The notes under the pieces were generated by a model that was not told where the DNA came from, searched no databases, and saw only the letters and a program-made list of their open reading frames with translations. Position numbers and translations under genes: made by a program. Positions 1 to 13,103 of a DNA stretch of 64,000 nt are shown in pieces (position 1 is the first letter of the stretch; each line of letters starts with the position of its first letter). The stretch is from Peribolospora baueri. Taxonomy: Eukaryota. The stretch lies in NCBI GenBank assembly GCA_029717555.1, contig JAMDHS010000003.1, positions 1-64,000 on the forward strand, given 5' to 3'.

Positions 1-1070
1 GGCTTTCGGTTGACCGCGGCCGAGAGAAGAATCGAGCGTGCGAGAGTCAGTTGAGTGCGGTCGTATTGGAGACTCGTCCTGCCCTCATCCGCTTACCGGC
101 GACAAAGATGATCGGCTCGCCAGCCATGACGCTCTGAGCGACGAGCGCAGTGGCGTTGTACCTGTAAACGAGAGCCGACCGAAGCGGGCGGAGGTTAGAC
201 CGGAACACGAAAGAGATTTGAAGAAAGGGGAGGGAAGTGGAGCTCACTGCGCCGAACTGCCGCTTTGGAAAGAGCCACCGTAGACCCAGTGCATCACCGG
301 GAGCTTGGCGTCGGATCTATGAAAAGAAAGGGCAGGTTGAGCGTCCAGCCGTTCAAGACACTCTGGTCCACGCTCACCTGACGTTGGCCGGACGATAAAC
401 GTTGATGGTCAAGCAGTCCTCATCATACGTCAGGTTGGTTCCCTTTGGACGAAGGCAGGCGAAGAGAGCGGCGCGCGAGAGTTGAATACGTCGGACGAGC
501 AGCTTTCCGGGCTCTTGTGTGAGCTTGGGTCTCTGCACGAACTCACAGATATCCCTCTCGTCACAATAGAAGGAAGCGGCTGCTGCAAGCACGACGGTCC
601 ATACTGAGTAGCCTGGATGACCTTTTCAGCAGAAGCGTCTACGGGCTGAGGCTTTGTGAAGCGGAGCGCGCCAAGCGGGGGTTTGGCGAAAGGGATGCCT
701 GGGAGGAAAGGAGAGAATAGTGAGCGGAGGAAGTGGTCCGGGTACGCAAAGGTCGAGAGTCAGAGTGCGTCAGCGAGCGGGCACGGACAAACAAAGTGTC
801 AATATGTCTCTGACGGTGACGTCGTCCATCGTCGTCCCACCAGAAGTGCTCCCTCACTCACTCACCCAGGAACCAGTCCTGATGGAACTGCTCGGCCAGG
901 ACTCCGTTCACCGTACCCTGCTTCAACTTGACGCTCGGAGCTTCCGAGCTGGTTCCATTCGCGGGCGCCGTTCCGTTCGTCGACGCTTCGGCGCGGGGCA
1001 AGGCGAGCGGGACGGCGGTGACGCTGGCGAGCGACAAGAGGAGGAGGACCAACGGTGTGCGACCGAACAT
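1..1070 (-). CDS. Secreted type-B carboxylesterase/lipase, 5' part (runs off window start)
   Basis: Signal peptide [19 protein letters not shown]. Spliced exons give [37 protein letters not shown] and [15 protein letters not shown], which are COesterase family motifs. GT-AG introns; TATAAA on the minus strand at 1207-1212. Confidence 0.9.
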
Positions 1071-2023
1071 GTCGACAGTGAAGGTTAGTAGGGAAATGAA
1101 GATGCGGGGGAGGGTGGGGGCCGTCTGTTCGACTTCTTGCTGGAAGGAGACGGACGGCTGCGGGGAAGAAGAAAGGACGGGTGGGGCTGCGAAGGGGAGG
1201 GCGTAATTTATAGGGATAGCCTGCCGAAGCGAAGACGACGCTGTGCGCGTTGAACGATATATTTATGGTGACGCAGACTCGCCGGCAGACGACGTGGGTG
1301 GCGCTCGGTAGTTCGAGTTGCCGTACCCGGCCCTGATGGCTGAGTCGCCGTTCCTGAGTCACTGGCGGTGGCCGGCGATGCCGATGCTTTAGGAGGCAGG
1401 CGGGCTCGTGCGCAGGTCGAGTCGCTGGAGTGAAGCGTGAGTACTGCCTGGGTTTCGTTTCCGAGCGGGTTAGGTAGGCGAGGATGCGGGCAGAAAGGCG
1501 TTTAGAAATTTTTTTCGAGGGAGGATGTGAGGATAACGCAGGGCGTTGGCAAGGGTGCCGATGTGGTGCGGAGAGGAACATACCGCCGAGTAGGCCAGTG
1601 CGAGAGACAGCGATGGACGGAAGAACGGGTGCGGAAGAACGGGTGCAGAAGGTGTACGTACAGGATCGCGTGCAATGCGAGCGGGGAGAGAAGCGAGGAT
1701 GGAAACCAGAGACGGCGGGCCAGCCAGTGACGGTAGCACAGACGGCAAGTCAGGGTAGCACAGGCGCAAGCAGTGCCCCAGGCACGAAACCGTCCCGCTC
1801 GTCCCTATCATAAAAGAGACCATCGACATCACGTGGCAAATGATTAACGCTGACGTAATCTTGCCACTCCAGCCGCGGCACGGCCACCGCAGACCCATCG
1901 AGTGCACGTCCCGACAACGGCGATTACGTTGACGAAGAACAGAACAGGCGGGCAGGCAGATGTACGAAGCGCTCGTAAGGATAGAAGACAGCTGCCGCCC
2001 TTCCTCGCTCTCGTCTGCTGTTC

Positions 2024-3243
2024 ATGCTCCTCCGCCGCCTATCCTCTTCCGTCCGCCACTTCGCCCCCGCGTCGTCTCGCGCTCGCCGCCTAACTCTCGC
2101 AGGCACCTCCACCCTGCTCCTTGCCGCCACCGGCTCCATCTTCCTCCTCGCCTCCTCCCGTCGCCTGCCCCTTTCCAGCAACCTCGCGACTTTTAGCGCC
2201 ACCAAAGACCTCCACAAGAAGGGCGCCATGAGCAGAACCGACTTTGTGCAAGGAAGGTCCGAGAGCGATTGGCAGGCCAAGCTGAGCAGGGAGCAGTTCA
2301 GGGTGTTGAGGCAGAAAGGCACGGAGATGGCGGGGACGGGAAAGTTCAACAAACACAAGGAGAAGGGTGAGTTGCTGGGGGCAGGAACGGGGTGCCGGGT
2401 GCGCCGACCGATCGAACGAGGGCGGCAGCCGAACTGACGTCGTTGCGCTCCACTCGCCTCGTCACATGCGCACCCACACCACACAGGCATCTACACCTGC
2501 GCAGGATGCGGCACGCCTCTGTACGAGTCCAAGACCAAGTTCGACTCTGGCTGCGGCTGGCCCGCCTTTGTGAGCCAAGCTTTCTTTTCCCCCGACCTTG
2601 CCTCCGTTCGCCATGTCATGTCGATCTGCGCGGACGCACTACATCTTGTCGGCTCTCTCGACACCCAAGAAGGGAGCGGGTTAGGCTGAAGGGAGACTCC
2701 TTCTTTGCTTCTCATGCAGTACGATGCCATACCTGGCGCGATCGACCGGCATGTGGACCACTCGCTCGGTATGGTGAGAAAGCGGATGTCGAGTGTCCTG
2801 AAGGGGAGAAGCTGAGCTGAGCGGAGAGTACGAGGGCGAGGACGAGATGCGAGACACGGCGGTAGAGGGCTGATGCACGTCGTCGTTTCTTTTTCTTTTT
2901 CTTTCTCGACCAAATCGCCCCCTCTTCGTCTCCACTAGAGACGGATCGAGATCACCTGCGCAGCCTGTGGAGGACACCTGGGCCACCTCTTTCAGGGCGA
3001 GGGGTTCCCGACTCCGACGGACGAGCGGCATTGCGTCAACTCCATATCACGTGAGTACTGCCGCTGCATGCGGATGCTCGCCGTCTCGGCAGGGCTCCAC
3101 ACCCGCCCCGCTCGGTGAGAATCTCGCTTACCGCCGTCGACGCCCCGTCCCGTCCCGTCCCATCCCATCCTATCCTATCCCTGACAGTCGACTTCACCGC
3201 CGACGACCAAGCTCGCGCCAAAGCAGACTCCCCGAAGAAGTAG
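2024..3243 (+). CDS. msrB: Peptide-methionine (R)-S-oxide reductase MsrB (SelR), 5 exons, N-terminal presequence-like extension
   Basis: [56 protein letters not shown] and ERHCVNSIS. Stop TAG at 3241-3243. Confidence 0.95.
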
Positions 3244-3531
3244 CTCATCCCCGGGCTGGTTGCAGTGCAAGTGTTTGCCGCTTCCATCTCCATTGAACCG
3301 ACAACGTAAAGGGAGGGAGGTGTGCAGCCGGGAGGAGGGGGACCTTGTTCAATTTACACACGACCTGCTCGCCAAATCTTTTGGAATCGAATGGACGATA
3401 TCCGCTCGTCCACTTTCCCCGGCCGACCAAAGCCAAAGCGACTCATGCTCGCCTCCAGGGCTCGTGCCGCTCTCAATATAAACTTGATATTCCCCTTCCT
3501 TCTGCATATTTTCGGATTTCGATGTCAAAAT

Positions 3532-3588
3532 GAAGAAGAAGAAGAAGAAGAAGAAGAAGAAGAAGAAGAAGAAGAAGAAGAAGAAGAA
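3532..3588. repeat. (GAA)19 microsatellite between convergent msrB and cyclase 3' ends
   Basis: Perfect GAA run read directly. Confidence 0.95.
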
Positions 3589-3702
3589 GAGAAGGAAAGG
3601 ACGCTGGACGCTCAAATAACTTAATTGGGCGCTCGTGCCAAAGGTCAAGCTCGGGCGGGCGAGCGAGGCGTTGACTCGGACGCGGGCGGATCTGACGGGA
3701 GT

Positions 3703-6245
3703 TCAGAAGATGGCGCTGGCGTTGGCAGGGCTCGCGACGCCGCCGTAGAGGTTGAGCGGCCAGGAGGAGAAGAAGAAGGTGTAGCGGCCCGTGGCGGCGC
3801 AATGGGCTGCGACGGCTTCGACTGTGCGCGAGTTGGCCCGGGTACGCGGACGAGGTGCCCGAGGGCGAGGGAGGGAGGAGGCGACGTTAGCGATCGTGTG
3901 GTTCGATGTGTAAGTGAGAGCGAGGGAGGGATGGAGGAAGAGCACTTACGCTGTCATGAGAGAAGGATGCGATTTGCAAGGGGGCGACAGAAGCGGTAAG
4001 TTGAAAATCGGGGTCGAGGCAACTCGTTCAACCAACCATCCTCTTGCGACGACCAAATGAGCACACCGCAACAACGCCAGACTCACGTCGAACATTTCTC
4101 CGATCTGCGAGTGCGCAACAATTGCGTTGGTATTGGAAAAAGAAAAAAAAATTGCAGGATGAACAAAGCGTCTCGAATGCGCACGCACGATCATCTCACG
4201 CCTTTAAGGATGGGAGCCAAACTTACAGGACATCCCCAGAGGGCGAGAAGCGTCTCGTGGAGATGCTGCTCTCCCTTCGGCGGGGGCCACCTCTCGAAGG
4301 CGGGCGCGTCGCCTGCAAAGGGACCACATATACAGCGGAGCGGAGCGACTGAACGTCATGTTCCGCAGAACGGAACAGCATCGCGTCACTGTGATCAGAC
4401 TCACCAGCGACGGCAGCAAAGTGGTTGTCCCACAGGAACGCCTTCATCTCCTCTCCCTGCTCCACACCCGCTAGTTTCTCGTTACCTCCCGCGCCCCATG
4501 TGTCGCGCTCCACTTCGGTCGAGTTGTAGTACCTGCATGTGCACGTCAATTTGTAGGGAAAGTAAGATAAAAGGGAAGGTTGAGCGCCGCCCGCGGGATG
4601 AAGGGTTGGGGACTAGCGTGTGATAACGCACGTCTCCACCCGCTCACCTCCTGATAAACCCGCTGCGGATCATCAAGATGTCCCCCTGCCTAAAAGTGAC
4701 GCCCTGAGCCTGTGCGACCTCCTTCAGAAGCGCAACGCTGAGGGGATGACTAGTGCAGGGGTCGTATGGTCCCTTTTCCTTGTCGACCGACTCCTTTTTG
4801 ATCAAGTAGCCCCAAACGTCAAGAAGAACACCTCTTCCAACAATCCCGTGCTGCGCCCAGGCCTGAATGCCGTTGCGGATGGAAGAGGCGTAAGGGGTGG
4901 AGGCGTGGAGGGAGGGATCATGAGGGTGCTTTTGAGGGCCGGTGGGGATATCCTTGCGGGTGACACCGTTGTAGAAGCAGTTGAGGGGGAGATGGCCGAA
5001 GTGACGCTGTAAATAAGGAGGAGAAAGCAAGATAGAAGGGCGTATCAGGTCAGAGTGTCGAGTCGAGTATCGACGCGACCTCGGCCACAAGCATTCCATG
5101 CGAGATTTTCCAACTCACTAAGCCGTCCCATTGAGTGCCACTGTTGACAAAGGTAAATAAGTAGCGTATACCGGGAGAAAGACCAGACCGCTCTATGTGT
5201 CAGAATCGAGCACTTCCCGCTCGTCCACCGTCCGCCTTTCCATGTCTCTTTCAACTGAATGTACGGTGCGAAAGCCTTCGCTCTTCCTTCTGGGCCCTGA
5301 CGGGACGCTCACCTCTGTGAGTTGACGTGTAGTTCCTCATCGTTCAGTGGGGCTTCCAAAAAATCGGGATGCGCTTTGCAGGTAGGAGCAGGACGAGGCA
5401 GAGTGGGCAGGCAAAACGCAGGCGAAAAAGAAAATGGCGGGTGGTCAGCAACGTAGGGAGAGAAGAATCGCATGACACAGGTGGTCCCAGCTCTCTCGAT
5501 CTTCACTTGGCGCGATATAGCACACCACATCATGTCATTACGCCTTACCAAGCTCTACCACCACTTTCTTCCCCTTCTCTCTCTGTGCCTCCCGCACTTG
5601 TATATAACGGCCACCACCCTTACCAATTACTTTGTGCTCAGCGTGACGTCTGGTGGCCGGCGCACACAAGGAGCAGTGTGATCAGGGACTCTTTCCGGGT
5701 GCGCAGCCCAATTCGACGTCGAGACACCACATGGCGGTGGATAGTAGAGAACGAAGGGCGTGGAGAACAACAACGAACTTACCTGCGAAACATGGGCTTG
5801 AGAGGGAGGTGCAAGGGCCAGTTGAGGGAAATGGCATGTCCTGTCTTGATCTCCTCTTGAGCAGCTTGCTTGGTGACGGAAGGGGTCAAGAGATTGACCG
5901 TGCCAAGCTAGAGAGGCAAGGAAGCGCAAATTGAGAGTAGAGAGCGCAGGATAAGGACGAAAGCCAGAAAATACCCTTTCGAAGGTCAGGGCTTGTGGAG
6001 AGCGTTGTCCATGGAGACTCAAATTGCTGTGGTACGCGCTAGATGGTGTGCACTAGACGCACCTCATCGCCGTCACCCCATACACCCCAGGCGCAACCCG
6101 GGTATCCATCCTTGTGGGGTAAGTCCTTGTAGCTGGGCAGATTTTTCCACTCCTTCTGGGTTGCGGCCGAATCGGGGACGACGTGCTGGGCGAGCGAGGC
6201 GAGACGGCCAGAGACCGAATTGTTGTTGGTGTTATCGTCAGACAT
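3703..6245 (-). CDS. Putative cyclase / kynurenine-formamidase-like metal hydrolase (fungal type), 11 exons including a predicted 1-nt exon at 3950
   Basis: AWGVWGDGDE|LGTVNLLTP, SLNWPL, NSQSGTQWDGL|RHF, GIVGRGVLLD, GDILMIRSG, FLWDNHFAAVAGDAPAFE, LHETLLALWGCP|IGEMFD|L|EAVAAHC..RYTFFFSSWPLN..GGVASPANASAIF*. Confidence 0.88.
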
Positions 6246-6598
6246 GGTAGGGGGTGTTGAGAAGGACTGTCGGCAGATGTGGGGAGAGAGGGCGCCCGAC
6301 TAGATATTCCCAGCGACACAAGTCGCCGGGCTGGCTCGATGCTGGCGCCGGAACGCCGGCCTTGGCAGTCCCCGCATGATCTGTGGGGCAACCCCAGCTG
6401 GAGGTGGATGACTAAGCACGAGAGGCCAGATCAGATCACCCAGCTCACAGCTATCTTATCTCCGCCGCCTGCGGCAAGGCGAACGAGCGAGGACGACGCC
6501 GACAAGAAGAAAGTAAGAAGACGAAGACAAAAGGGGTCGCATCGACTTCTACACAACACCACCGAAACAGTCACCGAAGGACAACGCAGCGCGACAGA

Positions 6599-8847
6599 AT
6601 GACCCCTTCTTCCCCCTCATCGAATCGAAATGCCGCCCTGGGCGCTCACGACGACAGCGGCGACGCCTTCGCCTCCCACCTCTCCAAGCTCACCGCGCAT
6701 CTGTCCGCCCATGCCTCGTCTTTGTCCACCCTTCCTACAATTGCTTCTCCAGCCTCCGTCTCCCGTGCTCTGACCTTGCTCCCCTCTCACCTTCCCGCGC
6801 AAGGGCTAGGCCTCGACTCCACCATGTCCCTCCTGCATGAGTGTCTCCTTCCCGCCTTGGCACCCGGTCACGCTGGCCCAAGGTATTTTGGTTTTGTCAC
6901 CGGTGGGGTCTTGCCTGTTGCTGCTCTGGCCGATCATTATGTCACAGCATACGATCAGAATGTCCAGGTCCATTTGCCCGTGAGTTTGTGCGGTCCGGTC
7001 GGGTGGAATCCCGAGCCGACCCAAGTCAAGGCTGAGCGAAGAACCATCCCGTCACGCAGGACCAGACTATCTCTACGGTTGTCGAGCATTACGCTGTTCT
7101 CATGCTGCTTGATCTCCTAGGCATGCCTAGAGACAAGTTTACCGGTGGGAAAAGCTACCGCCTTTCATTCTCCAACCTCCACCGTCCTCGTTCCAATTCG
7201 ATTGGCATGACAAACCTCTTTCTGGTCCTCTTTCCCCCTGTCTCTGGCGCGCCTAGGGACGATCACCACCGGCGCTACCGCCTCCAATATCCTTGGTCTT
7301 CTTTGCGCTCGGGAGTACATCTTCTCCACTGCCTCTGACTCCGCTTGCCCTTCCAGCTCGCCGACTTACTCAGTAGCGGAACACGGCTTCCCAACGACCG
7401 CTGGGGCAGCGCCATTCCGAATTCTCTCTGCCTGGCCCCATGCAAGCGTCCGCAAGGCTGCTGCCGTCGTGGGTGGTGGAAGAGCCAATGTGGTTGACGT
7501 GGGCCGCAAGGGTCAACGGAAAGTGGATGACTCTGCTGAAGCGGAGCCGCAGGATGGATGGGAGTGGGAGTTTGATTTGCGGAGGTTGGAAGATGAGCTG
7601 AAGAGGGCGAAGAGGGAAGGTGCGCGGTGTGCCGTCGTCGTCGGTTTTGGCGAGGTGAACACGGTGAGTGAGAAGAGCCGCTTTACGACTTTTCCTTTTG
7701 CTGTCCGTTCTACTTCCCCTGACACGTCCTCCCAAATACCGCCTACACGACCTCTCCCGTCCCAGGGAGCACTCAGCACCCTTGTGCCAGCCATACGCGC
7801 CCTCTGTGACGCTTATTCTTCCTGGTTGCACATAGACGCAGCATTTGGCGCTTTCGCCGCTCTCATGTCCAAGTACAGCTGGGTCAGCGAGCACCTCTCC
7901 ATGGCTGACTCTGTTACCAGCGATGGTGAGCAAGAAGCGTAGGCTGGACCTACGTTCACAAACTGTTTGTGATGAGCAATTGCCGTTTGAGTCCCAAGTT
8001 TGGCACTGACCAGGAAACGACGCCTCGCTTGTACTCCTGTTTACTAATTTTTGTCTCTATTGGAATAGCTCACAAGTGGCTTAACGTACCCTATGACGCT
8101 GGCATCTTCCTCGTCCGCCGCGCAACTACTACCCTTGCCGGTGACGCTGCTCCATCCCATTCGTCACTCCTCGAGGCGGTGCTCGGCTCCGGAGCCGGAC
8201 CGGCGCCGTCCTACCTTTCTTCCAACGTCTCTCCTTTGCCCTCCTCAACTGCGGAAAACTCGGACGACGCCGTGTCAGACCCGGATGGGCATCGCCATCT
8301 GCTTACCTCCCTCCGAGCCCTGCCTTCGCCGCTCAACATCAACCTCGAAAACTCTCGCCGGTTCCGAGCGCTCCCCATCTTCGCCGCCTTGGTAGACCGC
8401 GGAAAAGAGGGATACTCGGAGATTGTGCGGCGGAATTGCGAGTTTGCGAGCAAGGTCGCGAGATGGATGGAAGGCCGCGGGGAGGATTCGGGCGGGGAGG
8501 GGTGGTACGAGGTGCTTGGAAGGCCGAGCGGATGGGAGGGCGCCTGGCCGCCTTTGAACGTCCTCCTTTTCCGCGCCGCACGGACGCGGAAGCCCGGGGC
8601 GGTGCCCGAGGCGTACCTGGATCCCAACACGGGCCACCTGGAGCTCGCGCATGCGATCAACGCGACGCGGCGGATGTACGTCACGCCATCGTCGGACGCG
8701 CGCGGCAGGGGTGCGGTAAGGCTCGCGGTGAGCAACTGGGACACGGGGCGCGACAGGACGAAGAGCGGGGGCGCGGGGGCCGTGGACGATTGGACAGAGG
8801 TGAGAAAGGCTTTGACGGAGGTGATGGCTGGCGGAGCGCACCGGTGA
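6599..8847 (+). CDS. PLP-dependent group II amino-acid decarboxylase
   Basis: GPRYFGFVTGG, DQNVQVHLP, TTGATASNILGL, WLHIDAAFG, DSVTSD|AHKWLNVPYD (PLP lysine), IENSRR-like LENSRRFRALP, and AVRLAVSNW. Confidence 0.9.
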
Positions 8848-9243
8848 AGAGGACGCAGTGCGGGGCCAGCGCCAGGCTTTCTTTTAGGCAACTTTTTTTA
8901 AAACCGACCCGATGACGGTCCAAAGGGGGTCACTTAATCTCATCCTAGCACCATGCCGCTGCAAACGAGAGCGAGTGCATTCCACGGAACCGCACGCTAC
9001 AGAAGGTATTCCAACGTTGACTTCCACCGGATCCTCATTGGTCCGTAGACACATGCCATAAACATCACAAGCCTAGCCTGGGGCGCGCGCAGAAAAGAAA
9101 GGCACGGACGGTGGCGCGTGGACGCTCGAGACCGTCGCATGTACCTCATGCAGCCAGACCGATTCGAAAGCGAACGAAACATGTATCGGGTAGGGTCTCG
9201 GTGAGGTGCAACTGAAGCGAGAAGGGGAGGAGGGAAGAGTGCG

Positions 9244-12200
9244 TCACAGCTTCGCTCTCACGGCGTTGCGGCTCTCCACGAGCTTCCTCGCCTGGTCTCG
9301 GAGCATCCTTCGAAGACTGTCATGGTGTGAAACGAGGCGATGGACGAACAGCGGGTTACAAGAGTCAAAGGAGCGCATCAGTCCAGCGCCTTTATTCGTT
9401 CCTCCCTGACGCCCGTCAGAGTCAACTCCACCAGACGGCTGCAAGGACTCACATCTTCCCAGACGCCGTCTTGGGTATGGCGTCTATAAACTCCACGCCG
9501 CCGGTGAGGTGCTTGGCTCGGACCTGCGCCGTATCGGTCAGACGGGGGCGTTCAAGGCCATCATGAGGTCAGGATCTGAACGGGCGAGGCGAGCGTCCGA
9601 TCTGGCCATCACACAAGATTCCAGCGGGCGGACTGACCTTATTATCCGCAACAAACTTGCAAATATCCTCCTTAATCCTATTCGCCTCCGCTTCACCTCC
9701 CTTCTCGATTTTCTCAGCGTATTCGGGAGTAACCTTCACAAACGCCAGCGGAGCTTCGCCGGCGCTCTCGTGGGGGACGGAGACGACGCCGCTGTCTGCC
9801 ACGGCCGGGTGATCGAGGAGGAAGCCCTCGAGCTCTGCCGGAGCGACTTGGCTACCTTTCACTTTGATGAGCTCTTTGAGACGGTCCTAAGTGCGTGTGC
9901 GTGGCCGTGCAGGTACATGAGCCGTTTGGTTCAGCGCGGATCGGATAAGCGAACGGGACGTAGGCGAAACGACGGACTGGAACTCACGACGACGAACACG
10001 TTTCCGTCTTCGTTAATGATGACCTCGTCACCGGTGTGGACGAAACCTTCCTCGTCAAAAGTCTCCTTCGTTCTGTATGCAAAACAAATAGCACAAGGGA
10101 TCGACCGAAGATAGAAATGAGGGAGAGAAGGACGGCGCACCCGCCCGTTTATTTCAGACCGTCGGTATGGCTGCGCAATGGAGAGAGAGCATGAGAAAGG
10201 AAAAAAGATGCTCACGCCTTGGCGTTGTTCGTGTACCCGAGCGTGTTGCTCGGGCTCTTGATCCATAGTTCTCCTGGCTCGTTGTAGCCGCACAAAGAGC
10301 CGTCGGGACGGACGACCTTCGCAACGCAGTTTGACATTAGCCGGCCAGCGGAGCCGTCCTTGGAGGGTATGTAGGGCGGGAACATGGTTGTCACCGTCGA
10401 CGTTTCCGTCATGCCTGGGAGACGGACGGAGATGGAGAGACGGGCAGAGGCGAAGATACACGTGAGCCCACTTGAAGGACTCGTCTGAGAACTATCGCCA
10501 GCACCAGACTCGGCCGGTCTGCTCACCGTAGCCCTGTCCGAAATCGGCGTTGGGGAAGAGTTGGCGGAACTGCCTCGTCTGGTCGTCGTTGAGTGGGGCG
10601 GCGCCGACCATGACAAAGCGAACGACGCTGCGGAGCTGGTCTAGGAGCCTCTTCGTCGCGGCCTCTTTACAGAAGAGGACGATCTGGGGAGGTACGAGCC
10701 AGAGATGGGAGATCCTGTAGCGGACGATGCTCTCGAGCATGCGCTCGAAGCGGAATTTCGGAATCACCGCGTTTGTCATGGACGAGTAGAAAACAAAATG
10801 GCAGACGATGACGAGGCCATAGATGTCTTTTGTGTGCGAAGAACGTTCCAGACGAGGCGGGATGAGCGTTAAGCGGCGAGGAGAACAAGCGCATGTCATT
10901 TGCAACTCACGATAAAAGGGAAGGCAGCCGAGGGAAACTGCGCATCACACGACACATGCAGAATGGAGGCATGAACAAGAACAGGGCATGAGTGAATCGA
11001 TCTAGAGCGATAACCACATGCGCACTGGATCACGCGCCCGCTCCTCGTCCACGGTCTACTTCCACCCGACGGAGAATGAGTGGCCTCACCATCATGTCCG
11101 GGCCTGAATCTGGCATCCTTCGGCATCTTGGTGAGGGAAAGCGTGTTGGGCACGTCATTGTACGTCTTGATCTGGAGCGTGTTGGCAATGACGGAGGAGT
11201 GCGGGATAGCGACGGCCTGGAGCGGTCGAGAATGGGCAGGGGTGAGGACAGGAGAAGGAAAGGAGATTAAGAGAGGGAAAGCAAAGCGAAGATCGGGAAC
11301 GTCAGTGGGAAGGATAGAATGGACGAACGAACGGCGACTCCAACTTGCCTTGGGAAAACCGGTGGTTCCGGAGCTGAAACTCAAGAAGGCCAACTTCTTT
11401 CTTCCGCCCCCTTGCCCGAGGTCCTTCTTCCTCCCCTTCTCGAGCAACGCCCTCTTCGCCTCTTCTCCTCCAGCCTTCTCAGCGTCCTTCAGGGCCTTCC
11501 TCCCGGCGTCCATCAAGCTTGTAAGGGATCTCAGACCGGCGCGAGGCGCCTCGCCGGCGGAAATGGCCCGAAGCGACTGGAGGACGAGGACGCGGTCGCG
11601 GGGGAGAGAGACGCGGGAAGCGGCTTCGAGAGCGGTGCGGATCTGCTCCTCTGCCTCACCAACAATGAGGTATTTCGCGTTAGCTTCCTTTAGCTGGTAC
11701 GCTGCGTGGCAATGCCAAGCGTTGAGTTGTGAGGGAAGCGGCGAGAAGATGGAAGGGGTCGATAAGAAGATGACGGTCAAATGCAGCTCCGCGTAACGTC
11801 CTTCTATCTTCGCTCTGAGAGAGAAGAGAAGTACTCACTAAGCTCGCTAGCGTTGAAAGCGGCGTTGGCAGCCGAGACGACGCCGCCGCACCGATGGACG
11901 GCCCAGGCGGAGACAAGGAAATCCATGGCGTTGGGAGAGAAGAGAGCCACGGAGGTGTCCCAGCCTGGGGATGGGGAAGGGAGGCCGGGAAGGGGGACGA
12001 GAAGGAGTGCGGGCGCCAAGAGCTCGTCGGTTGTCAACCCCCCTCCCTCCTTCGCCTCGCCCGGGCGCTGGAGACGAAGCGGTGCGGAGGACAAAACTCA
12101 CCGACGCCCATGACGTCCCTCAAGCCGACGGCGAGCGCGTCAACGCGCTCCTTGATGACCTCGAACGACCATCTCGTGCCGGTGTCGTCGTCGAGGAAGA

Positions 12201-12321
12201 GGGTGGCGCCGGTGCCTCGCGGGTCAGGCCTGTCGGGGGGGAAGTGTTCGAAGATGAAGGAGTAGAGATCGATGGAGTCTGGAATGGAGGGGACGTCTGG
12301 GTAGAGGGACTTGAAGAGCAT
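9244..12321 (-). CDS. Adenylate-forming acyl/aryl-CoA ligase (4-coumarate/phenylacetate-CoA ligase-like) with C-terminal PTS1 (-AKL)
   Basis: [82 protein letters not shown], ending RAKL*. One GC-AG intron (11348-11217). Confidence 0.92.
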
Positions 12322-13103
12322 GGCGGCGGCGGAGCTTGGAGGTGTGGGGAGGGCGATGGTGGGCGACGAGGGGGAAGGCTCTGCTATGGTCTGCTATGAC
12401 GACGTCTAAGGGCACTCGACGTGCGAGACGAGCCAACCTTTGACCACCGCAGGCGGAGACGACAGCCTGCGAGGCTGGCCTGGCAATCTGGTGTCACTGG
12501 CAGCGGCGACTACGACGTCGGCCCCACGCTATTTCGCGTCATCGCCCCAGTCGCCGGCGACACCGTGCACAGGGCCCCGCAGCGGCTGCTGTCGCACGTG
12601 GCAGGCCCGCTTTATCACGTGACCCTCATTGACCATCGCCTGGCTCGACGTATTTATAGAGAGAGTGCGGTATGGGCGACGGCTAAACACAACGAGATCC
12701 CAGAGAGCACCAACGACCTGACCGCTTTACTGCTATATGAGAGGAGGCAGGTAGGCAGGCGGGCGGGTGGGTGGGTGGTCACATAACGCTACTGGGTGCC
12801 AGTCGTCCGGATCAGAACCCGACTTAGCCTCGTTGGCCGACACCATTCGTCTCGGCCTCGCCTCTCCGCCGCGGTGTCCTCACAGCCACTGCCCAACCAA
12901 ACGAAACGGAGGGCAGTTCGCACCTATGCACTTTTCCGGCACACCACCGCCGCCGCCGACAGCCGTGTGTGATTGGTCGGGATCTGTTGTGCCGATCAGA
13001 GAGACATCAAAGTGGCTCGCGGTAGGACGTTTCAATCTCGATCGGGCATTTGCTTCCGCCTTCCTTCCGTTCCCCCGCGAGCCTGGCCCCGTCTTCCCCA
13101 GCC

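Noticed and set aside
862..1907. Several 100-240 aa ORFs between esterase and msrB
   Set aside because: No recognisable motifs; expected shadow ORFs in GC-rich intergenic DNA
3322..3648. Poly-Glu, poly-Phe and poly-Leu ORFs
   Set aside because: Artefacts of the (GAA)19 microsatellite between convergent genes
6677..6703. HLSKLTAHL in the decarboxylase N-terminus as a PTS2
   Set aside because: Lacks the essential first Arg/Lys
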